This document shows positions 38,818-46,598 of a DNA stretch of 64,000 nt, one piece after another. The notes under the pieces were generated by a model. It saw only the letters and a program-made list of their open reading frames with translations, made no database searches and was not told where the DNA came from. This DNA comes from Vicinamibacterales bacterium (GTDB taxonomy: Bacteria; Acidobacteriota; Vicinamibacteria; Vicinamibacterales; SCN-69-37), in assembly GCA_041394725.1 (NCBI GenBank), contig JAWKHR010000034.1, positions 3,410-67,409 on the forward strand, read 5' to 3'. A program made the translations under genes and the position numbers. Position 1 is the first letter of the stretch. The number at the start of each line of letters is the position of its first letter.

Positions 38818-40239
38818 ATGCACGAAATCACCTTCCGGCAGCTCGACGGCGGCGAGACCGCGGTCCCGAGAACCCGCGTGTCCGCCCTGTCCGATCGGCT
38901 CGCGGGCGACGCGCTCGAGCCGGGCCAGCCCGGCTTCCGCGACGCGCGCACGGTCTGGAACGCGATGATCGATCGCCACCCGGCCCTCATCACCCGGTGC
39001 GCCACGGCCGACGACGTCGCCGAGGCCGTGCGGTTCGCGCATGAACAGGAGCTGCTCGTCTCGGTCCGCGGCGGCGGCCACAACATCGCGGGCAACGCGG
39101 TGTGCGAGGGCGGGCTGATGATCGACCTCTCCCCGATGCGCGACGTCGAGGTGCAGGTCGCGGATCGGGCCGCCCGCGTGGGCCCGGGCGCGCTGCTCCA
39201 GGACGTGGACGCCGCCACGCAGGCCCACGGACTCGCGACCCCCGTCGGCTACAACTCGACGACCGGCATCGCCGGGCTGACGCTCGGCGGCGGCTTCGGG
39301 TGGCTGAGCCGGTCGCTCGGCCTGACGATCGACAACCTGCTGGGCGCCGACGTGGTCACCGCCGACGGCGTGCGCGTGCGGGCCACGCCGGACGAGCACC
39401 CCGACCTCTTCTGGGGCCTGCGCGGCGGCGGCGGGAACTTCGGCGTCGTCACCAACTTCCAGTTCCGGCTGCACCCGGTCGGTCCCGAGGTGCTCTCGGG
39501 CGTGGTCGTCTATCCCCTCGCCCAGGCCGCGGCGGCCCTGCGGCACGTGCGCGACTTCAACGCCGCGGCACCCGACGACGTGACGTGCTGGGCCGTGCTG
39601 CGCAAGGCGCCGCCGCTGCCCTTCCTCGACCCCGCCGTGCACGGGACCGACGTGCTCGTCGTCGCGGCCTGCTGCGCGGGCGACATGCGCGAGGCCGCCC
39701 GGACACTGGCCCCGATGCGCGGGTTCGGTGCGCCGCACGCCGACGCGATTGCGCCGCACCCGTACGCGGGCTTCCAGCAGGCCTTCGACGCGCTCAACGC
39801 GCACGGCGCGCGCAATTACTGGAAGACGCACAATTTCGCGGAGCTTCCGGACGAGGCGATCGACGCGATCGTGGAGGCCGCCGCGCATCTGCCATCCGCC
39901 GAAACCGAGATCGCCCTCGCGCGCCTCGGTGGCGCGGTCGCGCGCGTGCCCGTCGAGGCCACGGCCTATCCCCACCGCGGCGCCGCCTGGGTGATGAACC
40001 TGCACACGCGCTGGACGATGAGCGCCGACGACGAGCGGTGCACGGCGTGGGCGCGCGACCTGCACGCGACGCTCGGCCCGTGGGCGATGGGCGGGGCCTA
40101 CGCCAACTTCATCACCGACCCCGGGCGCGCGCGCGAGGCGTACCGGGGCAACTGGGAGCGCCTGGTCGCATTGAAGTCGGACGTCGATCCGGACAACCTG
40201 TTCCGGATGAACCAGAATGTGCCGCCCATGACGCACTGA
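38818..40239 (+). CDS. FAD-binding oxidoreductase (FAD_binding_4 + BBE-like C-terminus)
   Basis: Trimmed to ATG 38818, preceded by gcaggagg. VSVRGGGHNIAG, GLTLGGGFGWLSR, LFWGLRGGGGNFGVVT, and the C-terminal LVALKSDVDPDNLFRMNQNV. Confidence 0.9.
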   Translation: MHEITFRQLDGGETAVPRTRVSALSDRLAGDALEPGQPGFRDARTVWNAMIDRHPALITRCATADDVAEAVRFAHEQELLVSVRGGGHNIAGNAVCEGGLMIDLSPMRDVEVQVADRAARVGPGALLQDVDAATQAHGLATPVGYNSTTGIAGLTLGGGFGWLSRSLGLTIDNLLGADVVTADGVRVRATPDEHPDLFWGLRGGGGNFGVVTNFQFRLHPVGPEVLSGVVVYPLAQAAAALRHVRDFNAAAPDDVTCWAVLRKAPPLPFLDPAVHGTDVLVVAACCAGDMREAARTLAPMRGFGAPHADAIAPHPYAGFQQAFDALNAHGARNYWKTHNFAELPDEAIDAIVEAAAHLPSAETEIALARLGGAVARVPVEATAYPHRGAAWVMNLHTRWTMSADDERCTAWARDLHATLGPWAMGGAYANFITDPGRAREAYRGNWERLVALKSDVDPDNLFRMNQNVPPMTH

Positions 40240-40272
40240 GCGCCCGGGCGCCGCCCATGACGCACTGAGCGC
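40221..40272. repeat. 23-nt perfect direct repeat (period 29) duplicating the stop-codon region
   Basis: gccgcccatgacgcactgagcgc occurs at 40221-40243 and again at 40250-40272. The first copy contains the stop of the FAD oxidoreductase. Confidence 0.85.
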
Positions 40273-40369
40273 GCCTCCCGGCGGCCTCCTGTCCGGATCG
40301 AGCGGAGCTTTCCGTTCAACCGGACGAGGAGGCTCCGCGTCGGGCTCCCCCCGCCGCGGAGAACACGAC

Positions 40370-41062
40370 ATGCATCGACAGTGTTCGCGCCGGGTTGGGC
40401 CGGGATTGGCTGTGGTGGTGGCGCTGACCGCGCTGGCGGTGGCCGGGTGCGGGTCGAGCGGCGGCGGCGGGTCGGTCATGACCAGCACGTCGCCCAGCAC
40501 GACGTCGCCGAACGACCGCTACGTCCTGATCTTCGACTCGGTCATCACGTCGCACACGGCCATCGGCAGCTTCACGGTGGACACCAAGAGCACCGTGCAC
40601 GGCCAGGTGGCGCTGGCGTCGACGCCCACGCCGAATCAGTTCAGCCAGAGCAGCGGCGACCTGACCTACTCGTCGTTCAGCTACTCGGCCGGGCCGGCGC
40701 CCGGCTGCACGTTCTCGACGAGCGCGCCGAACGGGTCGATCACCGTCGTCGAGGCGAGCGTGGCGCCGGCCAATGCCAACGCCGTGCGCGTCGTCCTGCG
40801 ACCGTCGTCGCTGACCGAGACCATCGTGCAGTCGTGCACGACCCTGACGCAGACCATTCCGGGCATCTACTGGTTCAGCGGCTGGCAGCTGCTGCACAAG
40901 TCGGAGGGCGACCCGGGCGCGAACGGCTGGGCCATCGACAACTGGACCGCCGGCACGGGCGCGACGGTGGCGGTCCGGACGTACAGCGGTGGCCTGACGG
41001 ACGCCGCCACGGGCGCCACCTACACGGAGCAGACGACGATCCGGATCGACAAGGTGAACTGA
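40370..41062 (+). CDS. hypothetical lipoprotein (Ser/Thr-rich)
   Basis: 230 aa with lipobox LAVAGC followed by GSSGGGGS. No family recognised. Confidence 0.65.
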   Translation: MHRQCSRRVGPGLAVVVALTALAVAGCGSSGGGGSVMTSTSPSTTSPNDRYVLIFDSVITSHTAIGSFTVDTKSTVHGQVALASTPTPNQFSQSSGDLTYSSFSYSAGPAPGCTFSTSAPNGSITVVEASVAPANANAVRVVLRPSSLTETIVQSCTTLTQTIPGIYWFSGWQLLHKSEGDPGANGWAIDNWTAGTGATVAVRTYSGGLTDAATGATYTEQTTIRIDKVN

Positions 41063-41161
41063 CCGGAATCGGCAGCGGGCGGCCGGTGGCGCCGCCGGCC
41101 TCCAGCGGCTAGGATGGGCGCATCGTTCACAGTTCGATCGCCCCCGTCTGGAGGAGACGCC

Positions 41162-42544
41162 ATGACCGCCCGCCGCCGTACGCCCCGCCCCGTCGCCGTC
41201 GCCGCCGGCCTCGCCATGCTGCTGGCCGGCACCGTCCTGGCCGGCGCGCAGCGCCGCGTGCAGGGCGTGCCGCTCTGGACGCCGGACAAGCCCGGCAGCG
41301 ACAACATCGAGGTCATCGCCCACATCCCGCTGGGCCCGCCGCTCTCGGTCTCGGACATCGACATCGAGCAGGACCCGGCGCGTCCCTACGCCTACGTCGG
41401 CCGCATGGTGTACGGCTACGAGGGCGACCGCGGCATGGACATCGTGGACCTGCACGACCCGGCGCACGCGAAGGTGATCTACCGGTGGCGGATCGAGGAC
41501 CAGGACCTGCACGTCGGCACGGGCGGGATGGACGTGAAGAACTTCAAGTGGAACAACCGGTACTACGTCGTCCAGTCCACGCAGTTCGGCCAGGGCGGGC
41601 CGGACAGCGACATGGGCGCGGTCGTGCTCGACGTCACGGGGCTGCCGGATCCGTCCACGGTCAAGGAGGTCGCGCGGATCCGTGAGCCCGAGCACAAGGG
41701 CGGATTCCACAACATCTTCATCTACAAGCACTCGACGGGCCGCGTGCTGCTGCTCTCGACGGTCTCGGGCCCGTACGCGCACGTCTATGACCTCGGGCTG
41801 GTGGTCGAGGGCAAGCTGTCCGAGGCGCTGGTCGCGAAGGTCCCGGTCGGCCCGCAGGAAGGCGGCCAGCGCGGCTACCACGACCTCTATGCCGGTTACC
41901 ACGTCGGCACGAACCAGGACCGGTTCTACGGCGGCGGCACGGGCGGCTACTACGTCTACGACATCACGGAGCTGCAGAACCCGCGGCTGCTGGTGACGCT
42001 CACCGGCATCAGCGGCGTCAACTACGGCCACACGTTCACGCCGTCGCCCGACGGCCGCTACGCGGTGGCGGAGACCGAATACCAGTACGCGCCGCTGCGC
42101 ATCTTCGACCTGCAGCCGGGCCTCGACGGCAAGACCAGCAACGTGCGCAGCCCGATCGCCGCCTGGACGGCCGACTGGCGCAACCTCGTCCACAACCACG
42201 AGGTGCGCTGGCCGTACGTCTTCGTCTCGGGCTACCTCGACGGCCTGCAGGTGTTCAGCCTCGAGGACCCGACCGACCCGGTGACGGTGGCCTACTACGA
42301 CACCTACGTCGGCAACGGCATCGAGGGCCGGCCGAAGATGTTCAACGGCGCCTTCGGCGTGGACGTCCGCAACGCGGACGGCTTGATCGTGGTCTCGGAC
42401 ATGAACACCGGGTTCTGGGCGTTCCGCATGCAGGGCTTCACCGGCTGGAACGGCGCGGACTGGGGCATGCCGAACATCTCGAGCGCGCAGGACTGGGACC
42501 GCGCGCCCGGCCCGATGGGCGGCCGCGGAGGCGGCGGCCGGTGA
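41162..42544 (+). CDS. LVIVD-repeat-like beta-propeller protein, secreted
   Basis: Trimmed to ATG 41162 after ggaggag. Signal peptide, then repeated propeller-like blades, ending GLIVVSDMNTGFWAF, which is typical of LVIVD repeats. Confidence 0.7.
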   Translation: MTARRRTPRPVAVAAGLAMLLAGTVLAGAQRRVQGVPLWTPDKPGSDNIEVIAHIPLGPPLSVSDIDIEQDPARPYAYVGRMVYGYEGDRGMDIVDLHDPAHAKVIYRWRIEDQDLHVGTGGMDVKNFKWNNRYYVVQSTQFGQGGPDSDMGAVVLDVTGLPDPSTVKEVARIREPEHKGGFHNIFIYKHSTGRVLLLSTVSGPYAHVYDLGLVVEGKLSEALVAKVPVGPQEGGQRGYHDLYAGYHVGTNQDRFYGGGTGGYYVYDITELQNPRLLVTLTGISGVNYGHTFTPSPDGRYAVAETEYQYAPLRIFDLQPGLDGKTSNVRSPIAAWTADWRNLVHNHEVRWPYVFVSGYLDGLQVFSLEDPTDPVTVAYYDTYVGNGIEGRPKMFNGAFGVDVRNADGLIVVSDMNTGFWAFRMQGFTGWNGADWGMPNISSAQDWDRAPGPMGGRGGGGR

Positions 42545-43191
42545 CGAGCAGGAGGATCGAGCTCGCGCGCGCCGCGGCGGCAGCCGGCGCGCTGGCACTG
42601 GCCGGCGCGACGATCGCCACGACCACGCTCGCCGCGCCGGCCACGACACCGGCGATGGCCGTGCCGGTCCCGATGCTGGTCCCGCTGCTCGTGCCCTGCA
42701 CCGCGCAGTCGCCCGCGCCGGAGCCGCCGCGCGAACCCGGCGCGTACTACGCCATCGCGCTGGTGCCCACCGGCCGCGTACCGGGCACCGCGACCTCGAA
42801 GGGCACCGCGCGCGTCACGTTCGCCGACTCGCCCTTCGGCGTGGCGGTCTCCCCCGCCGGGGCCTACGAGCAGGCGCTCGAGATCCAGACCGACGCCCTG
42901 CCCGCCCGGCCCGGCCAGGAATACGTCGTCTGGGCCGCCAGCTCGGATCTGGATCACGTGACGCGGCTCGGCACGATCGACGGCCGGGCGCCGCTCCATG
43001 TCACGACGGCCCTGAACAAGTTCCTGGTCGTCGTCAGCCTCGAGTCGGCCGCGGACGCGCCCACGGAGAAGTGGCGCGGGCCGATCGTCATGCGCGGGAT
43101 GTCGCGCAGCGGCCTGATGCACACGCTCGCGGGCCACGGCCCGTTCCAGCTCGAGTCGTGCCTGAAGTACGGCTACGGAGGCCGGCCCTGA
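42541..43191 (+). CDS. hypothetical exported protein (RskA-C-terminal-like region)
   Basis: GTG 42541 forms a GTGA overlap with the upstream stop. YVVWAASSDLDHVTRLGTIDG...FLVVVSLESAADAPTEKWRGPIVMRG resembles the extracytoplasmic domain of anti-sigma-K-type proteins. Low functional confidence. Confidence 0.55.
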   Translation: MTSRRIELARAAAAAGALALAGATIATTTLAAPATTPAMAVPVPMLVPLLVPCTAQSPAPEPPREPGAYYAIALVPTGRVPGTATSKGTARVTFADSPFGVAVSPAGAYEQALEIQTDALPARPGQEYVVWAASSDLDHVTRLGTIDGRAPLHVTTALNKFLVVVSLESAADAPTEKWRGPIVMRGMSRSGLMHTLAGHGPFQLESCLKYGYGGRP

Positions 43192-45010
43192 TGCCGGGCC
43201 GTCGCGATCGCCAGACGCCAGGGCGCGCGCCCGTGACGACGGCGGGCTCGATCGTGCTGACCGCCACCCTGACCGGCGCTTTCGCGCTCGTGGGCGCCGT
43301 GTGGACCGTCGCGCGCCAGCAACCGCCGCCGCCGACCCAGTCGGGCCAGTCGGGGGCGTCGGGTCAGTCCGGCCAGATGGGACAGATGGGACAGATGAAC
43401 CACGACATGCACCACATGCCCATGCCCCCCGGCACGGTCGCGTGGCGCATGCCGCCCATGGGCGACATGCCGATGATGCCGGGCCTCGACGACGCGCGGC
43501 CGCCCGTCGCCCATGCCTGCCCGGCACGGGCCTCGATCCGACGACGCTGCCCGAGGCGCGGCCGAACGAGATCATCGACGCCAAGGACGGCGACCACCTG
43601 GAGCTCACCGCGTCGCTCGTGCGCCGCACGATCGCGGGCCGGACCTACGTGATGTACGGCTACAACGGCCAGTACCCGGGTCCGATGATCCGCGCGCCGC
43701 AGGGCGCGACGATCACGGTGGACTTCACCAACCGAATCGACCTGCCGACGACGGTGCACTGGCACGGTCTTCGGCTCGACAACCGGTTCGACGGCGTGCC
43801 CGGCGTCACGCAGCCGCCGGTCGCGCCGGGCGAGTCGTTCCGTTACGAGGTGCACTTCCGCGACTCGGGCGTCTACTGGTACCACCCGCACATGCGCGAG
43901 GACGTGCAGCAGGACCTCGGCCTCTACGGCAACCTGCTCGTCCAGGCGCCCGACCCGGACTACTACAGCCCGGCCAACCGCGAGGCCGTGCTCATCCTCG
44001 ACGACATCCTCATCGACGATGCCGGCCTGATGCCGTACGGGGAGGACAGCCCGACGCACACGCTGATGGGCCGGTTCGGCAACACGATGCTCGTGAACGG
44101 CACGACCGACTACCGGCTGCACGTCAAACGCGGCGAGGTCGTGCGCTTCTACCTCACCAACGTCGCGAACACGCGGACGTTCAACGTCACGTTCGGCGGG
44201 GCGAAGGTGAAGCTCCTGGCGTCGGACGTCAGCCGCTTCGAACGCGAGCAGTGGGTCTCGAGCGTCGTCATCGCGCCGGCCGAGCGCTACATCGTCGAGG
44301 CGCGGTTCGACGACCCGGGCGAGGTGCCGATCGAGAACACGATCCAGGCGATCAACCACTTCCGCGGCGAGTTCTACCCGCACGTCGATCACCTCGGCAC
44401 CGTGGTGGTCGATCCGACGCCGACGGACGAGGACCTGGCCACGAGCTTCGGGCAACTTCGGACGAACGGCGCGGTGCGCACGGACATCGACGCCTACCGC
44501 GCCGAGTTCGACCGCGCGCCCGACCACCGGCTCGAGCTGCTGGTGCGCGTGAAGGACCTGCCGACGCCGATCATGCAGTCGATGGAGTTCGAGCGCGGCC
44601 TCTACACGCCGCCCGTCGAGTGGAACGACACGATGCCGATGATGAACTGGCTCGCCACGGGCAGGCAGGTGAGCTGGGTGCTCCGCGACCCGGATACGGG
44701 CAAGGAGAACATGGACATCCACTGGCCGTTCAAGGTCGGCGACGTCGTCAAGATCCGGATCTTCAACGACCCGACGACGATTCACCCGATGAACCACCCG
44801 ATCCACGTGCACGGGCAGCGCTACCTGGTCACGTCGATCGACGGCCGCCCGAACCCGAACCTCGTGTGGAAGGACACCGCGATCGTGCCCGTCGCCTCGA
44901 CGATGGACATCCTGGTGGACATGTCGAACCCGGGCGAGTGGATGCTCCACTGCCACATCGCCGAGCACCTGCACGCGGGGATGATGCTGGGGTTTTCGGT
45001 GAGTCGTTAA
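43191..45010 (+). CDS. multicopper oxidase with TM anchor and Met/His-rich N-terminal region; one apparent frameshift near 43500
   Basis: ATG 43191 (TGATG overlap) opens MPGRRDRQTPGRAPVTTAGSIVLTATLTGAFALVGAVW...GQMGQMGQMNHDMHHMPMPP...MPMMPGL in ORF 43071..43652. The MCO body (TVHWHGLRL, YWYHPH, HPIHVHG, HCHIAEHLHAGMM) continues in the frame of ORF 43301..45010. Confidence 0.8.
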
Positions 45011-45108
45011 GGTCCTGAGGGTCCCAGGGTCCCAGGGTCCCAGGGGCCTGAGGATGACGCCAGCGAAGCTGGCCACCGAGGTTCCAAGTTCGAACTTCAA
45101 AGTTCGAA
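45011..45108. repeat. interspersed repeat element: GGTCCTGAGG + (GGTCCCAG)x3 array + GTTCGAAC palindromes
   Basis: ggtcctgagggtcccagggtcccagggtcccaggggcctgagg (45011-45053), then gttccaagttcgaacttcaaagttcgaagt (45081-45108). This fills the whole gap between the convergent MCO and YHYH genes. Confidence 0.7.
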
Positions 45109-45109
45109 G

Positions 45110-46033
45110 TTACTCGCTCGCCCTGCCTCCCCTGAAGCATCCCACCGTGTACGGATACTCGCGCGTGAGCACGTAGTGGTACATCTCGACCCGCCGGCCG
45201 TCCCAGTCGATCGCGCTGACGCGGCCGTGGCACTCGTCGAGGTCGGCGTTCGTCAGTTCGCGGCCGGCGGCGTCGTAGCGGCTGTAGATCCCGAAGCCGT
45301 CGAGCGCATAGCCGATGAGCGTCTCGACGCCATCCTGGTCCGGCAGGCACTCGCTCGGGCCGTGATAGTGATACTGGCCGCGCGCCTGCGGATGTCCGCT
45401 GCAGAGGTCCTGGACCTCGTGCGCCACCGCGTCGCGGCCGGCATCGTCGAGCGCGTTGTAGATGGCGACGCCGTTGAGGGCGATGCCGATCATGCCCATC
45501 GGCACGCAGGTCGCGTGGGCGGCCTCGACGGGATCGCGGGGCAGGGTCAGCAGCACGGGCTGTGCCGCAATGCCGTTGGGATTCGGATCGAACGCGAAGG
45601 CCGGATCGCGACGGGCGATCGGAAACCGACCCGTGGCGGTCTCGACGGGCAGGCCGTTGCCGGTGAGCACGCGCGAGACGTCCCGGCCGGTGCCGGTCGT
45701 CGTGATGGCGAACTCGGCGTCGGGCCAGGTGATCTCGCCCTGCACGTGGGGCTTCGCCGTGAGGTCCCAGGTGTCGCCCTGGATCCAGTCGCCGGCGTGG
45801 ATGCGCGCGGCCGGCCGAAACCGGGTCATGCAGGACATCACCATTCCGCTGGCGGGCCCGGGTGACACGCGGCCGTCGCCGAGCGGCAGGCGGTGCGCGT
45901 CAAGGACGTCCACGCGCGGGACCGAGGCGGACGAGCCACCCTGCGGCGCCGCCGCCAGCACCAGAGCCGCGAACATCAGGACCAGCACGCCGGCCACGGC
46001 CGGCCCGGTCGCGCGTGAGCTTCTGCGGGGCAT
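45110..46033 (-). CDS. YHYH domain-containing protein, secreted
   Basis: Trimmed to ATG 46033 (MPRRSSRATGPAVAGVLVLMFAAL). Contains GHPQARGQYHYHGPSECL and ECHGRVSAIDWDGRRVEMYHYVLTREYPYTVGCF. Confidence 0.8.
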   Translation of the reverse strand: MPRRSSRATGPAVAGVLVLMFAALVLAAAPQGGSSASVPRVDVLDAHRLPLGDGRVSPGPASGMVMSCMTRFRPAARIHAGDWIQGDTWDLTAKPHVQGEITWPDAEFAITTTGTGRDVSRVLTGNGLPVETATGRFPIARRDPAFAFDPNPNGIAAQPVLLTLPRDPVEAAHATCVPMGMIGIALNGVAIYNALDDAGRDAVAHEVQDLCSGHPQARGQYHYHGPSECLPDQDGVETLIGYALDGFGIYSRYDAAGRELTNADLDECHGRVSAIDWDGRRVEMYHYVLTREYPYTVGCFRGGRASE

Positions 46034-46129
46034 GCGCCCTCCTTCTGGCGCATGGACCACCGCGCGGGGCCGGATATTCCCGGGACCAGTCGAGAGAGCG
46101 GTGCGTGGCCGGGCCCGCCCCGGCCGACT

Positions 46130-46429
46130 TCAGCCTTCGATCTGGTAGATCTCGCGCCGTCCCTGCGAAATCAGGTCGTGATAGCCCTGCATGACCGCCT
46201 GGAAATCCGGGTTCTGCATCGACTCGCGGGACTGGCGCGTGAACTCCTCGATGCTCTCGACCTCCATCTCGGACACGACGGTCCAGTAGCGCTCGGCGGC
46301 GACGTCGGTCATCACGCGCATCTTCCCGAAGCCCATCTTCTCGGTGAGCTTCGAGAGCGCGACGAACTTCTCGACCATCGGGCGGACCTTGCCGGGCCTG
46401 CAGTACATGATGTCGCGGATCAGGAACAT
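46130..46429 (-). CDS. small alpha+beta barrel-like protein (NIPSNAP/ABM-like, tentative)
   Basis: ORF 46130..46636 trimmed to ATG 46429 after ggagg. The 99-aa product MFLIRDIMYCRPGKVRPMVEKFVALSKL...QNPDFQAVMQGYHDLISQGRREIYQIE has normal, non-shadow composition. Confidence 0.6.
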   Translation of the reverse strand: MFLIRDIMYCRPGKVRPMVEKFVALSKLTEKMGFGKMRVMTDVAAERYWTVVSEMEVESIEEFTRQSRESMQNPDFQAVMQGYHDLISQGRREIYQIEG

Positions 46430-46598
46430 GGGCGCCTCCGTGAGGGCCGTGATTCTGCGCCTTCGGCGCCGACATGGCAAGCCCTCGGGGCAGGCCCCGA
46501 GGCCCGGCGCGCCCGGCGAAGTGCCCCGCATACGCCGGTCCGAACGCGTGCGGACCGCCGAGGACGGTGACGCGTGGGTCCTGGTGATCGGACTGACC

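Noticed and set aside
31994-42649. Series of 800-1200-aa ORFs (31994..35512 plus, 34992..37547 minus, 37399..40500 minus, 40316..42649 minus) plus 43364..45100 minus, 46344..49157 plus, 46948..49044 minus and 25389..28463 plus
   Set aside because: Each overlaps one or more genes with clear family motifs in another frame. The peptides are low-complexity and Arg/Asp/Gly/His-rich, and several cross obvious intergenic regions.
43480-43520. Programmed ribosomal frameshift in the multicopper oxidase
   Set aside because: There is no slippery heptamer or obvious downstream stimulatory structure at the junction. A simple indel (real or a sequencing error) is more parsimonious.
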